Part shown: one piece after another, positions 31,683 through 41,806 of the stretch | Position numbering within the stretch: position 1 is the first letter of the stretch | How the letters are laid out: every line of letters begins with the position of its first letter | Made by a program: the position numbers and the translations under genes | Assembly (NCBI GenBank): GCA_037444125.1 | Contig: JBBINA010000001.1 | Location: 13,961 to 77,960 of the forward strand | Direction: 5' to 3' | Source: a bacterium | GTDB taxonomy: Bacteria > Patescibacteriota > Minisyncoccia > JBBINA01 | Length of the DNA: 64,000 nt | Notes under the pieces: model-generated | Database searches by the model: none | Seen by the model: the letters and a program-made list of their open reading frames with translations, nothing else | Told to the model about the DNA's origin: nothing

Positions 31683-33161
31683 TTAATTTTTTACAAATTC
31701 GAATAATAACCATACGCCATAGCCAGTTGCCCCTTTTTCTTGCCAGAGAGTATCTTGTGAATAAAAAGCTGTGCCGGCTACATCAAGATGTAAAAAATTA
31801 TAATCTTTGGCAAAAAATTCCAAGAAGGCTGCTGCTGTAATTGCACCGCCGGGTCTTCCGCCTAAATTTTTAATGTGAGCCACCTGAGATTTATTTTGTT
31901 CTCGGTGTTCATCGTATATAGGTAGCTGCCAGACTCGTTCACCTGAAATTGCCGCAGCCCTTTTTATTCTTTTTGCCAATTCCTCATTATTAGTAAATAA
32001 GCCTGATGCCCAATTGCTTAAAGCGATAATACATGCACCAGTCAAAGTAGCTACGGTTATAATGGCTTGGGGATTATAAGTCTTTTTGGCATATTCAATG
32101 GCATCGGCTAGGATGATTCTACCTTCTGCGTCAGTGTCAAGCACTTCGACTGTTTTGCCGCCATATATTTCTAGAATATCGCCCGGCTTAAATGAAGTAT
32201 GACTAGGCATATTTTCAACAATAGGCAGAATAGCTACAAAATTCTTTTTTATGCCAAGAGATTTTAGCAGAAAGGCGCTTGAAGCTACTATACTGCCTCC
32301 TGACATGTCAGATTTCATTTCATCAAGACCTTCACGTGGTTTAATAGAAATACCCCCTGAATCAAAAGTGACTGATTTTCCAATCAAGACTAGAGGTCTT
32401 TCTTTTGGATTAATAATATTTTCAATAATCAGCAGGTGTGGCTCATGGCATGAACCGCGACCAACGCCTAGAATACCGCCAAATTTATTTTTCTCCAGTT
32501 CTGCTTTAGCCATTAATTTAACATTAAGATTAAGCTGCTTAGCAGTTTTAGCTAATTCTTGAGCGAAGGTAGATGGAGTAAGTTTTGAACTGTGTTCGTT
32601 AATATGGTCTTTGGAATAGTTAATCCATTTAATCAATTCGCGGCCAAAATCTAGATTTTTCTCTATTTTACTAATAAGCTTAACGTCTTTGATTAGAAGA
32701 TGAGCTGTTTTGAGAGGTCTAATCTCGTTATTAGCACTAATGTATTTTAAAAATTTATAAAAACCATTATTAATACCTTTTATAATATGAATTAGAGTTT
32801 GGTTGTTGTTTTTGGTAATAGTGAGAAGCGATTTATCAATTACAAGATTAAATTCGTCAATATTTTTTAATTGAAGGTTACGGCCCAATAAAGAAAAAGA
32901 TTTAAACACAGCAAAAGTGTCTGTGTAAATCTCTTTTTTGTCTAGTCCGTAAAGTATGAAAAATCTATTTTCCTGATTTATTGTCGTAAAAATGTCACCA
33001 AGTTTTCCTTTAAAAAAATTCAAAATTTGTTTAGCTGTCATTTGAGAGAAATTAAGCTCGTTTATAAGATATGTTTCGTTAAGGTTATTTTGAAATATAG
33101 GAAATACTGTAGGTAACCGTGGATTTGAAGTTTTGTATGTTTCGACAACAAATTGATTCAT
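31683..33161 (-). CDS. pepA: leucyl aminopeptidase (M17)
   Basis: GKSVTFDSGG, MKSDMSGG, DTDAEGR, ATLTGA, HLDVAG. Confidence 0.92.
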   Translation of the reverse strand: MNQFVVETYKTSNPRLPTVFPIFQNNLNETYLINELNFSQMTAKQILNFFKGKLGDIFTTINQENRFFILYGLDKKEIYTDTFAVFKSFSLLGRNLQLKNIDEFNLVIDKSLLTITKNNNQTLIHIIKGINNGFYKFLKYISANNEIRPLKTAHLLIKDVKLISKIEKNLDFGRELIKWINYSKDHINEHSSKLTPSTFAQELAKTAKQLNLNVKLMAKAELEKNKFGGILGVGRGSCHEPHLLIIENIINPKERPLVLIGKSVTFDSGGISIKPREGLDEMKSDMSGGSIVASSAFLLKSLGIKKNFVAILPIVENMPSHTSFKPGDILEIYGGKTVEVLDTDAEGRIILADAIEYAKKTYNPQAIITVATLTGACIIALSNWASGLFTNNEELAKRIKRAAAISGERVWQLPIYDEHREQNKSQVAHIKNLGGRPGGAITAAAFLEFFAKDYNFLHLDVAGTAFYSQDTLWQEKGATGYGVWLLFEFVKN

Positions 33162-33823
33162 AGGTTATAAGTTAGCAACTTAAATAAAAAATTAATAATT
33201 GGAATAATTATCCACGAAAACCAAAAGATAAAAATAAACAAAAGAATAATACCATATTGATTTAATAAAGTTTCGATATGCGCTAGGCGTTGCGGCAAAA
33301 TACCAACTAGAATTTTTGAGCCGTCAAGCGGTGGAATTGGAACAAGATTAAAAATAGCGAGCATCAGATTTATTAAGACAGTCTTTAGTATAAGCCAGCT
33401 AAAGCTATCTTGGATTGAAGTTAACCCAAACATTATTAAAATTCTTAAAATTATGGCGAGACTTATAGCAATGATAATATTGGAGGCTGGCCCTGCCAAA
33501 GCTACAAGCGCTGTGTCACGTTTGGGATTTTTTAAATTATATGGGTTTACTGGTACTGGTTTTGCCCAAGCAAAGAAAAATCCCGAATTGCTAAGTATAA
33601 GTAAAGCCGGTAAAAGGATACTACCAATTGGATCAAGATGTGGCAACGGATTTATGGTTATGCGGCCCATAAGTTTAGCTGTTTTGTCGCCAAGTATTAA
33701 AGCCATTTGTCCGTGGCTAACTTCGTGAATAATAGCTGAAAAAAGCAATATTAAGACAAAAACAATTAAAGAAGTCGCACTATTATCTTGCATTTCCGCA
33801 ATATTTAAAAATTTAATAAGCAT
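33158..33823 (-). CDS. site-2 protease family (M50) metalloprotease
   Basis: HEVSH, AGP, FNLVPIPPLDG. Confidence 0.92.
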   Translation of the reverse strand: MLIKFLNIAEMQDNSATSLIVFVLILLFSAIIHEVSHGQMALILGDKTAKLMGRITINPLPHLDPIGSILLPALLILSNSGFFFAWAKPVPVNPYNLKNPKRDTALVALAGPASNIIIAISLAIILRILIMFGLTSIQDSFSWLILKTVLINLMLAIFNLVPIPPLDGSKILVGILPQRLAHIETLLNQYGIILLFIFIFWFSWIIIPIINFLFKLLTYNL

Positions 33824-33896
33824 AATAGCTTGTAATTGATTTTAACAAAGTTCTGAATTAAAATACAAGAACTAATTGGTTTGGTTATTTATTAAT

Positions 33897-33970
33897 TCCG
33901 GGATCGTCTAATGGCAGGACGCCACGCTCTGGACGTGGAGATTGGGGTTCGAGTCCCTGTCCCGGAGCCA
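33897..33970 (+). tRNA. tRNA-Gln (CTG)
   Basis: acceptor stem TCCGGGA/TCCCGGA, anticodon arm CCACG-CTCTGGA-CGTGG, T loop GTTCGAG, encoded CCA. Confidence 0.96.
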
Positions 33971-34105
33971 GAGAATACGATACGAACATGGATTTTTGAG
34001 AAAAGAATTTTTGTTCGCCTTTTGATGGTAGCAGAGTAGTGCCCTTGTTTGAATCGAGAAGAATTTTGTTTTATATTTCGGAGGTCGATCTCTAAAAACA
34101 TAAAA

Positions 34106-34144
34106 AAACATAAAAATCCCCGAAAAAAGGGGATTTTTATGTTT
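34106..34144. terminator. bidirectional terminator
   Basis: AAACATAAAAATCCCC/GGGGATTTTTATGTTT between the tRNA and hsp20. Confidence 0.75.
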
Positions 34145-34167
34145 ATTATTTTATTATTTGTTTTATT

Positions 34168-34596
34168 TTATTTTGTGTTTTTGATTTTTATTTTAATCTT
34201 GGAAGGTGGCTTGACTGCTAATTTTGGCATTACGATTTTAAGAACGCCTTTATCGTAAGTGGCTTCCGTTGCCTTTTCTTTTACTTCTGTTGGCAATCGT
34301 ACAATTCTTTCAAACGAACTTTTCTTGATTTCTTTTTTCCAGTAGTTTCTTTTCTTTTCTTCTTTTTCTTCATCAGCTTTGCCACTTACTTTTAGAATGC
34401 CGTTTTCAACAGAAATATCAATTTTTTCAGGATCAAAATCGGGGATATTTAATTCAGCCACGACTTCCTTATCAGTTTCATAGAGATTCATTGCTGGCAT
34501 AGCCAAATTTTTGCTTGAAAATACAGGCAGAAACCAGTCGTCATCTTCAAAGAATTTCTCTAAGTCGAAAGGTTGTTTCCATGGGATTAGCGACAT
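34168..34596 (-). CDS. Hsp20/alpha-crystallin small heat-shock protein
   Basis: PAMNLYETD, FERIVRLP, ATYDKGVLKI; ATG 34596 with AGGAGGTG SD. Confidence 0.92.
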   Translation of the reverse strand: MSLIPWKQPFDLEKFFEDDDWFLPVFSSKNLAMPAMNLYETDKEVVAELNIPDFDPEKIDISVENGILKVSGKADEEKEEKKRNYWKKEIKKSSFERIVRLPTEVKEKATEATYDKGVLKIVMPKLAVKPPSKIKIKIKNTK

Positions 34597-34781
34597 ATTT
34601 TTCACCTCCTTTCAAACTTATCTAAATAGCTTTTATGCCAAAATTATAAAAAACTTTTACTAAATTTTTAGTCTCTATATTATATTTTAAAATTTTTGAT
34701 GGCTAAAGTCAAGAAGAATTTAAAATATCTTCTTGAACATTTATAATTTTGTTATGTTAAAATAATTTGTAATCAAATTTT

Positions 34782-35177
34782 ATGAGAGGTTTTATAGCCG
34801 ATATAAAAAAGGAAACATTAATTAATAGTAGTTTTCGTAAGGTTTTATACACAGGTAAAAATAGTCAGCTAGTAATAATGAGTTTAAAACCAAAAGAAGA
34901 AATCGGCATGGAAATATTTTCAAAAAATGATCAGTTTTTTCGCTTCGAAAAGGGTTGGGGTAAATGTATTGATGGCACTATTTATGAAGTTGGAAGTGGT
35001 ATTGCGGTAATAGTTCCTGCGGGAGCTATGCATAATATTATAAATATTTCGGAAAATGAAGAGCTTAAGTTTTATACAATTTATTCTCCTCCTCATCATA
35101 AAGATGGTATTGTAAGAAGCACAAAAGAAGAAACAGAAGCAAGCGAGGCAGAATTTGATGGTATTACCTCGGAATAA
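34782..35177 (+). CDS. cupin domain protein
   Basis: FRKVLYTG..SQLVIMSL...EEIG, VPAGAMHN, YTIYSPPHH. Confidence 0.85.
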   Translation: MRGFIADIKKETLINSSFRKVLYTGKNSQLVIMSLKPKEEIGMEIFSKNDQFFRFEKGWGKCIDGTIYEVGSGIAVIVPAGAMHNIINISENEELKFYTIYSPPHHKDGIVRSTKEETEASEAEFDGITSE

Positions 35178-35462
35178 TGAAGAAAGAACCAAACTTAATT
35201 TAAGAATTTAGGTTTTTAATTGTATTTTTCGCATAAGGTTTTCAGTATCTATTTATTACGGCGGTTTTAGTCTTTTTTGATGATTTTACCTTTTTGGTTA
35301 TTTGACGAAGGTGTAAACCATTTTTGTGGAAACATATTTTTATTTATTTTGTGTTTTCTATTTTGATTATTAATATTTGCTTATTTTTATAACCAAGATT
35401 ATTTATCAAGATTTTGTTTACTTAGAAGAGATTCATGAATTATTTGTTTATTAAGCGTTTTT

Positions 35463-35867
35463 ATGAAAAATAAAGATATTATAAAACAGGAACACAAAGA
35501 AGTTGAAAAAAACTTTATTATATTAAATTTAGGTTTGGGGGAGCGTAATAAATTTATTTTGATAAAAACTCGACAAAGAAATGATGTATGTCAATATTTT
35601 GTCATTGGCGACATTACTCAATACCATCAGCATGTATATCTGTATAATAAAGCAAAAACCAATATCGTAGGTGAAATTTTAGAGACTTGCGGAGGTTTGT
35701 TGGATATCACTAAAACCAAAAATGGCATTATCGGGAGGATTTGGGGTAAAAGCAATGTTTATTACGGATATAAAAAAATCGAACTCGAACGGCTATCTAA
35801 GTTAATAAAGGCGCGTTTGGGTTTTAACGAGCTTGAAATTGAAGAGTCAAAACCATATTCACTTTAG
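35463..35867 (+). CDS. hypothetical protein, weak resemblance to Janus/Ocnus (PHPT1-like) phosphohistidine phosphatases
   Basis: YH..V, CGG, IWGKS..Y spacing; similarity judged by eye only. Confidence 0.35.
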   Translation: MKNKDIIKQEHKEVEKNFIILNLGLGERNKFILIKTRQRNDVCQYFVIGDITQYHQHVYLYNKAKTNIVGEILETCGGLLDITKTKNGIIGRIWGKSNVYYGYKKIELERLSKLIKARLGFNELEIEESKPYSL

Positions 35868-36040
35868 CGACTTAATTTAATTTCTTATCTTAAAAGATAG
35901 GAAAATAAAAGTTCAGCAGCGTTGATGGTTTTTAAGGTGGTGTTATTTAATGTATTTTGTGTTCTTTTTTGTTTTTTTAAAAAATATTTGATAAATTAGG
36001 CTATGTGTACCCTAAACAGCATTACTAAAGGAGGTAAAAT

Positions 36041-37047
36041 ATGCCTATACGAATTGGTCTGAATGGTTTTGGGCGGACAGCGCGGACTTTTTTTAGAATT
36101 GTAAGCGAAAGTCCATCGGTTGAGCTTGAGGTTGTAGCTATTAATGTAAAAAGTCAAAGCCCAGAGCAAGCAGCTTATTTACTTAAATATGATTCAGTAT
36201 ATGGACGATACTCCAAAGATGTATTGTATAACGATAAAACCATCAAAATAGAAGGTTGCGAAGTTCCGATTCTACAGGTTTCAGACCCGGCAGAAGTTCC
36301 TTGGTTTAAGTTTGATGTAGATATAGTTGTCGAAGCAACTGGGAAGTTTAGATCATTTGATAAAGCAGCTAAACATCTTGCCAGCGGTGGAGTTAAAAAA
36401 GTGCTTATTACTGCGCCGGCAAAAGGCGATATTCCCACTATTGTCTTTGGGGTTAATGACAATATTTATAACAAAAAGAGGTATCATATAATTTCAGCTG
36501 TTTCTTGTACTACTAATTGTTTGGCACCTGTGGCTTTATTTTACATAAAGAGTTTGGAATAAAAAGGGGTTTAATGACTACGGTTCATGCTTATACTGGT
36601 AGTCAAAATTTAGTGGATAGCAGTAACGAAGATATGGTTGAAGGCCGGGCGGCGGCTGTCAATATTATTCCGACAACAACAGGAGCGGCTAGCGTCATAG
36701 GTTTAGTAATCCCGGAACTGAAGGATAAACTTGATGGTATGGCTTTTCGCGTGCCCGTTCCTACAGGATCAGTGATTGACCTAGTAGTGGAATTAGAGAA
36801 GAAGGTTCTTGTTGAAGAGGTTAATAATATTTTTAAGCAATACGCTTTTGGTCAATTTAAGAAAACACTTGGTATTTCTGAGTGGCCATTAGTTTCCTCA
36901 GATTGTATTGGCGATAGCAGATCTGCCATTGTTGATTTAAGCTCAACTAAGATTATTGATGGAGACTTTTTAAAAGTAGTAGCTTTTTATGATAATGAGT
37001 GGGGTTATTCTGCGAGACTTGTTGATATTGCTAAAATGCTTTTATAA
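36041..37047 (+). pseudogene. gap: type I glyceraldehyde-3-phosphate dehydrogenase, frameshifted
   Basis: GLNGFGR, SCTTNCLAP, MTTVHAYT, RVPVPTGS, YDNEWGYS; one base missing in T runs at 36535-36542. Confidence 0.88.
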
Positions 37048-37232
37048 AAAATTGGGTAGTAAATTTAATAAATTGACCTGCTGTTTATGAGTTTTATTAG
37101 CGAGGTATAATGATTGCAATCTGGAAGAACAAGACAGCAGGGCAATTTTTAAATACTTTCGTTAAATTAAATACTATATAGTTAAGTCCGTTAAAGTGTA
37201 TTAAAGTAACTACAAAGGAGGGCTGGTTCTTT

Positions 37233-38279
37233 ATGGTAGAAGTAAGTTATAGTAAAGTAAATATGTGGTTTTTTTGCCAAAGAATGTTTTGGTATGTTTA
37301 TGTAAAGAAGCAAAAAATGCCAGCCCCAGTAGCTTTAGTTTTTGGAGATGCTATTCATAGAGCTATTGAGTGGTTATATAAGGGCGATCCGCGTCAGAAA
37401 TTAAAAAGACTTAATAATGGCTATTCGCAGCTTTATTTTAAGTCGGCTGAATCATTTGTTAATTTTTGGAAATTTTTGTGGCGGGAATTTAATAAAGGTA
37501 AAAATGCTAATCCTGCAATACTTGGAACACAGCCTTATGAAATAATTAAGTTTTCAAGTAACAATTCTTACGCTATTAAAGAAGAGTATTATACGTTGCA
37601 AAACTTCGGCTCGTCTTTATTGAGGTATTACTATAATACTCATAGTAAAAAAGGACCTTTTCCGATCGAAGTAGAGAAAACTTTTTGTATTCCTTTAGGA
37701 GCTGTAAGGAGAAGTTTAGAAGGAGTAAGATTGAAAGGCGTTTTTGATCAAATATGGCGCGATCAAAAAGGAAACTATATTTTAGTAGATTTTAAAACCG
37801 GCTGGCGTTTTTATTCAATTCAAGATCCTCAAGCGCAGCTGCCTTTACATAAAGATTTCCAGTTAAGCCTCTATAGTTTAGCTTTTAGATATATTTATAA
37901 AACTGAAGAAAGTTGTATTATTTGGTACCCTTTGCATTACGAGAGAGATAATAAAAATGGCAACATTAATTATTGGAAGCCGGTACCGACTTTTAGAACA
38001 AAATCTGATCACGAACGCGCTTTAGACAGAATTGAAGCTTTTATAAAGGGAATTAATCTGAATTATTTTGAGCGTACGAGCGATCCAAACCGTTGCCGGC
38101 ATTGCTCTTTTTTTAAATCGTGCTGGGGAGAAGAAATTATGGTTACGCGACCTTTAGAAGTTAGCGAATTGCCGACGATTTCTATTAAAGAGCAAATTTA
38201 CAATTTAAAAGAAAAAGTAAGTTGTATGGATCCATTGATTAGCGAGCCACGACTTAAACTCAAACCGCGTCAGTATTAG
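37233..38279 (+). CDS. stand-alone PD-(D/E)XK nuclease (RecB/AddB/Cas4-like, probable Fe-S cluster)
   Basis: FGDAIH, EVEKTF, GVFDQI..LVDFKTG, QLSLY, N-terminal Cys plus C-terminal CRHCSFFKSC. Confidence 0.85.
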   Translation: MVEVSYSKVNMWFFCQRMFWYVYVKKQKMPAPVALVFGDAIHRAIEWLYKGDPRQKLKRLNNGYSQLYFKSAESFVNFWKFLWREFNKGKNANPAILGTQPYEIIKFSSNNSYAIKEEYYTLQNFGSSLLRYYYNTHSKKGPFPIEVEKTFCIPLGAVRRSLEGVRLKGVFDQIWRDQKGNYILVDFKTGWRFYSIQDPQAQLPLHKDFQLSLYSLAFRYIYKTEESCIIWYPLHYERDNKNGNINYWKPVPTFRTKSDHERALDRIEAFIKGINLNYFERTSDPNRCRHCSFFKSCWGEEIMVTRPLEVSELPTISIKEQIYNLKEKVSCMDPLISEPRLKLKPRQY

Positions 38280-38421
38280 TGTAAATATTGGTTGGGCCTG
38301 CAAGGATAGTTTTATCTTGCAGGCTGTTTTTATAAAACAAAATAGGCCCGTGAAGTTTGATTATTTACGGGTCTTTTATTTCGTTTTTAACTGCTATAAT
38401 ATCTTTTTTATATTTTTGTAA

Positions 38422-39259
38422 GTGAATACATATTTTAAAATAAGTTTAAAAATTTTTTTCATTGTTGGCGGTTTATTTTTTGGTTTTGTAGGTGAGTTTA
38501 GTACAGGACAATTGGTTCATTTGTCATCAGACTTTGATTTAGAAGTTGTTTCTTTCATCACTTCTCAAAATACTCGTCGAGTTGTTCGAAATCAGGACAA
38601 AAAGATATACGGCGCAATTGTGCTGCATCGTTTATTAGCTAAACCAATTATTACCGAAATCTTGAACGAAGTAGCGCAAATTTTTAAATTGCAGAAATGA
38701 ACACCTAATCAGGTTATACTCTTTTCTCCGAATCATTTTTTAACTGGAAAGTATCCTATAATTGGCACAAGCTTTGATTGGAAGACAAAATTTGGCATTG
38801 TTCAAAGCGACAAAATTGAGACTGCTGTTTTTGGTTTAACTATTAAGCGTGAGTATCTCGATTTGAAAAATAAGCCTATAGAAGAGTTTTCTGCCGGTGA
38901 TTTAGTAAAGATAAAATTGATCGTTAATTCCCGTAATAATGAAAAATTAATTTACATTATTATCGAGGATTTCTTACCATCTAGTTTTGCTCCTCAAAAT
39001 CCGCGATTAGAGAACGGGAGTGAACGAGAACGTCGGTGGTGGGGGTACGAAATGGATATAAGAGATGAACGTGTGGTTTTTTGTGGACAATCTTTGGAAT
39101 GACATACATATATTTGACTATATAGCGCGCGTCAACTTTAGAGGCGAGTTTGAGGTGTCAGCTCCGCAGGTTCAAATGATGTATGTGCCTACAAATTATG
39201 GCTTTGGTAGTGCTAAAAAAAATGATTATAAATTAAATTTTTTCAATTGGGTTTTTTGA
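38422..39259 (+). pseudogene. remnant of bacterial alpha-2-macroglobulin gene (N-terminus joined to C-terminal domain)
   Basis: GDLVKIKL..IIEDFLPSSF..NPRL..DIRDERVVF/F.YIARVNFRGEF....QMMY; internal stop at 38698-38700 and frameshift near 39080. Confidence 0.7.
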
Positions 39260-39359
39260 GGTTGGGGCTTCAAAAATTATTTCATAACAGTCATATTGAC
39301 AGAAGTAATTTTATACATTAAAATATAGATAGAGCTCACTAAAACAAATTTATAAAGGA

Positions 39360-40583
39360 GTGATAGTGATGAAGAGGTTTGTATGCTTGGTCGGTTTGCT
39401 CCCGTTTTTTGCTGGCATTAGCGCGGCGGCGCAGGTTCCGTGGGTTTTTGAGCGTCCGGGATTTGGCGGCGGACTTGATGTGAATATAATTAAATCCGGG
39501 CAATTCGTTGAAATCAGAACTACCCATGAAGCATTTCTTTGTGTTTATGGATTTTCGCTTGACCAAAAGATTATTGATTATAATGACCAGGTACCTGTGG
39601 CGGTATTAAGATACGCTGGATCTAAAACATTATTAAATCCTAAAAACGCAGTTTGGCTGCAAGTTATTGCTGTAAAGACTAGTCCAGTTTTTGAATGTGA
39701 TTCGCAACACTTAAGTTTCTTTAGAACACCTAATGAACTTAGTGATTGGATGCAGGTTTTAGCTAGAAGCATTCAAGAGTATGGCGTTTCTCTGTGGGCG
39801 GCTAGATTTATTTATTTAGGATCTGCGCAAGGTGAAGGAGCAAAAATTCAAGGAGCAGTGGAAAATCAAAACCCGACGCCCCTTGTTACTTGGAAGCCAC
39901 AGATTCCTTTTGTGGGCCAAGAAGTTATTTTCGATGCTTCTAATTCGTATGATTCAGATGGTGGGATTATTTGGGTAGGTTGGGATTTTGGTGATGATGG
40001 CATTTTTGATACTACTGGAACAAGCTTAAGCGTTAGTTTTCGTTTTCAATCTGCTGGTTATCAAAAAGTTAGGTTGACCTTAAAAGATAATCGCGGCGGG
40101 CAAGCTAGTACAGTTTTAACACTAAGGGTAAACCCCCTAAGAGCTGAGGAAGTTTTCAGTTATACGATTAATGCTGAGTGTGTAATTATTGATAGCGGCG
40201 GCGCCAAAGAATATGTCCTAGTAGAAAGCAAATATTATTCATTTAATGCCGGTTCTTCCAGTTTTCGAAGTATCGGTTGGGATTTTAATTTGGATGGACG
40301 AAATGACAGCCAGGCTGTGGCTATTATGTCTTTCCCTAAGGGAGTGCGGTATATTGCTATTAACGGTATAAATAGTACAGGTGAATATCGAGGCGAGCAG
40401 ATTAAGTTAAAGGTTGTCACCGTTTCAGAACTTTCGGTTTATTGTAGGGTAGATAAGATTTATCAACCACCCAGCAAACCATCAAAAACCCCTGTCCCCA
40501 TTAATTTTAAGACAATTGTGGCCGTTTTTATGGTTCTGCAAGTAGTAGGCATTGTTATTTGGGGAATTATTAATAAGAGTTAA
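39360..40583 (+). CDS. secreted PKD-domain protein with C-terminal membrane anchor
   Basis: signal peptide; FDASNSYDSDG...WDFGDDG...LTLKDNRG; C-terminal TM. Confidence 0.8.
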   Translation: MIVMKRFVCLVGLLPFFAGISAAAQVPWVFERPGFGGGLDVNIIKSGQFVEIRTTHEAFLCVYGFSLDQKIIDYNDQVPVAVLRYAGSKTLLNPKNAVWLQVIAVKTSPVFECDSQHLSFFRTPNELSDWMQVLARSIQEYGVSLWAARFIYLGSAQGEGAKIQGAVENQNPTPLVTWKPQIPFVGQEVIFDASNSYDSDGGIIWVGWDFGDDGIFDTTGTSLSVSFRFQSAGYQKVRLTLKDNRGGQASTVLTLRVNPLRAEEVFSYTINAECVIIDSGGAKEYVLVESKYYSFNAGSSSFRSIGWDFNLDGRNDSQAVAIMSFPKGVRYIAINGINSTGEYRGEQIKLKVVTVSELSVYCRVDKIYQPPSKPSKTPVPINFKTIVAVFMVLQVVGIVIWGIINKS

Positions 40584-40647
40584 GTTAAATATTTAGTTTG
40601 TAGCTTGACGGAAGGAGTAGTTGTCCTTCCGTTTTTTGTTTACCCTC

Positions 40648-40675
40648 TTGACATTTTTATATGGTATGCTAGAAT
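40648..40675 (+). promoter_or_regulatory. sigma70-type promoter
   Basis: TTGACA, 16 nt, TG-n-TAGAAT. Confidence 0.55.
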
Positions 40676-40840
40676 AAAAACGTGAAAGTCCGAACCAACT
40701 CGATTATATTATAAAGATTTAGGTTTAAGGTGGTATTAGCAGGACGAGCGTTCGAACTTTTTTATTTTGTTCTCTGAAATTGGAATCTCGGGTGGCAATC
40801 CAAACAAACACAAATCAATCTTAAGGAGGATTGATAACCC

Positions 40841-41155
40841 ATGGCTCGAAAAACTGTTCAGCCCGGAGCTGTTCGTCAGACAATGACTTTGGAGGAGCCG
40901 ATTACTGTGGTTCAGTTGTCAGAAATCGACTCCGTAGGTTACTATGTTAACACGCAAACTGGTCTTGGTTTGCGGGTTGACAAGAATCTTCTTCAAGCCC
41001 TGAACATCGGCGGCCATGCTTTCGGACGTTTTGAGGCTAGCCCCGAAAATCAGGGATTGCTGCAGTTTGCCAAAATCAGTGGGGATCCGTTTATCCCCAG
41101 CGACGAAGCGGCTTTGCGCGCCGCTCGCGCTAGTCTGCCGGTCGCCTTCCAGTAG
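40841..41155 (+). CDS. small hypothetical protein in a highly structured, GC-richer transcript
   Basis: AAGGAGG SD, 104-aa ORF, double stop, flanking hairpins. Confidence 0.8.
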   Translation: MARKTVQPGAVRQTMTLEEPITVVQLSEIDSVGYYVNTQTGLGLRVDKNLLQALNIGGHAFGRFEASPENQGLLQFAKISGDPFIPSDEAALRAARASLPVAFQ

Positions 41156-41211
41156 TAAAATAGCGGGCTTAGCCCGCATCGTTTAGTCAAAAGCGCCACC
41201 CGAGGTTTCTT

Positions 41212-41242
41212 GCCCCAGCTTGGTACACAAGCTGGGGTTTTT
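41212..41242 (+). terminator. intrinsic terminator
   Basis: CCCCAGCTTG-GTACA-CAAGCTGGGG-TTTTT. Confidence 0.85.
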
Positions 41243-41323
41243 CTTTATTCTAGAAAACTTGCGTCCTTAATATATTAGGTTTAGAATATTAGAGTTAGAA
41301 ATAAATTATAATTAATTTTACTT

Positions 41324-41686
41324 ATGGTTAATAAAATTTTTCTCGCCTCGGGAATTTTGGTTATTGTTATAATAGTTATAATAATTGTAGTAATTTTTAT
41401 GATAAAACAAAAAACTGAGAAATCGAATAGTTTTAGTAATTTGCCTATGGCAAATAAGGTAGTTGATTTTGCAGCCAAAGAATTAAAAGTTGGCCCCAAA
41501 GAAATTACGATCATTGAAATAAAAGAAGCCGAATGGCCTGATGCTTGTCTCGGCTTAGTAAAAGCCGGCGAGTTTTGTGCTCAAGTTATAACGCCGGGTT
41601 ATAGTGTCCTACTTCGCGCAAGGTCTATAGAGTATCGTTATCGTACAGATAAAGAGGGCATAGTTATTATTCAAGATACAAGATAA
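41324..41686 (+). CDS. membrane-anchored hypothetical protein (WPDxCLG...CAQVITPGY family)
   Basis: N-terminal TM helix and a conserved-looking two-Cys motif. Confidence 0.75.
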   Translation: MVNKIFLASGILVIVIIVIIIVVIFMIKQKTEKSNSFSNLPMANKVVDFAAKELKVGPKEITIIEIKEAEWPDACLGLVKAGEFCAQVITPGYSVLLRARSIEYRYRTDKEGIVIIQDTR

Positions 41687-41806
41687 ATAATAAGGCTAAT
41701 TAAAATTCTTTTGCCTTTTGCTTAACATATGTCTATTGACATATTTATCTTTATGTGTTAATATATATAAGTTAAGGTTGTTCATTAAAAAACAAGATTT
41801 AAAGAG

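Noticed and set aside
33892-34258. Short ORFs overlapping the tRNA and terminator
   Set aside because: Explained by tRNA-Gln and the hsp20 antisense strand
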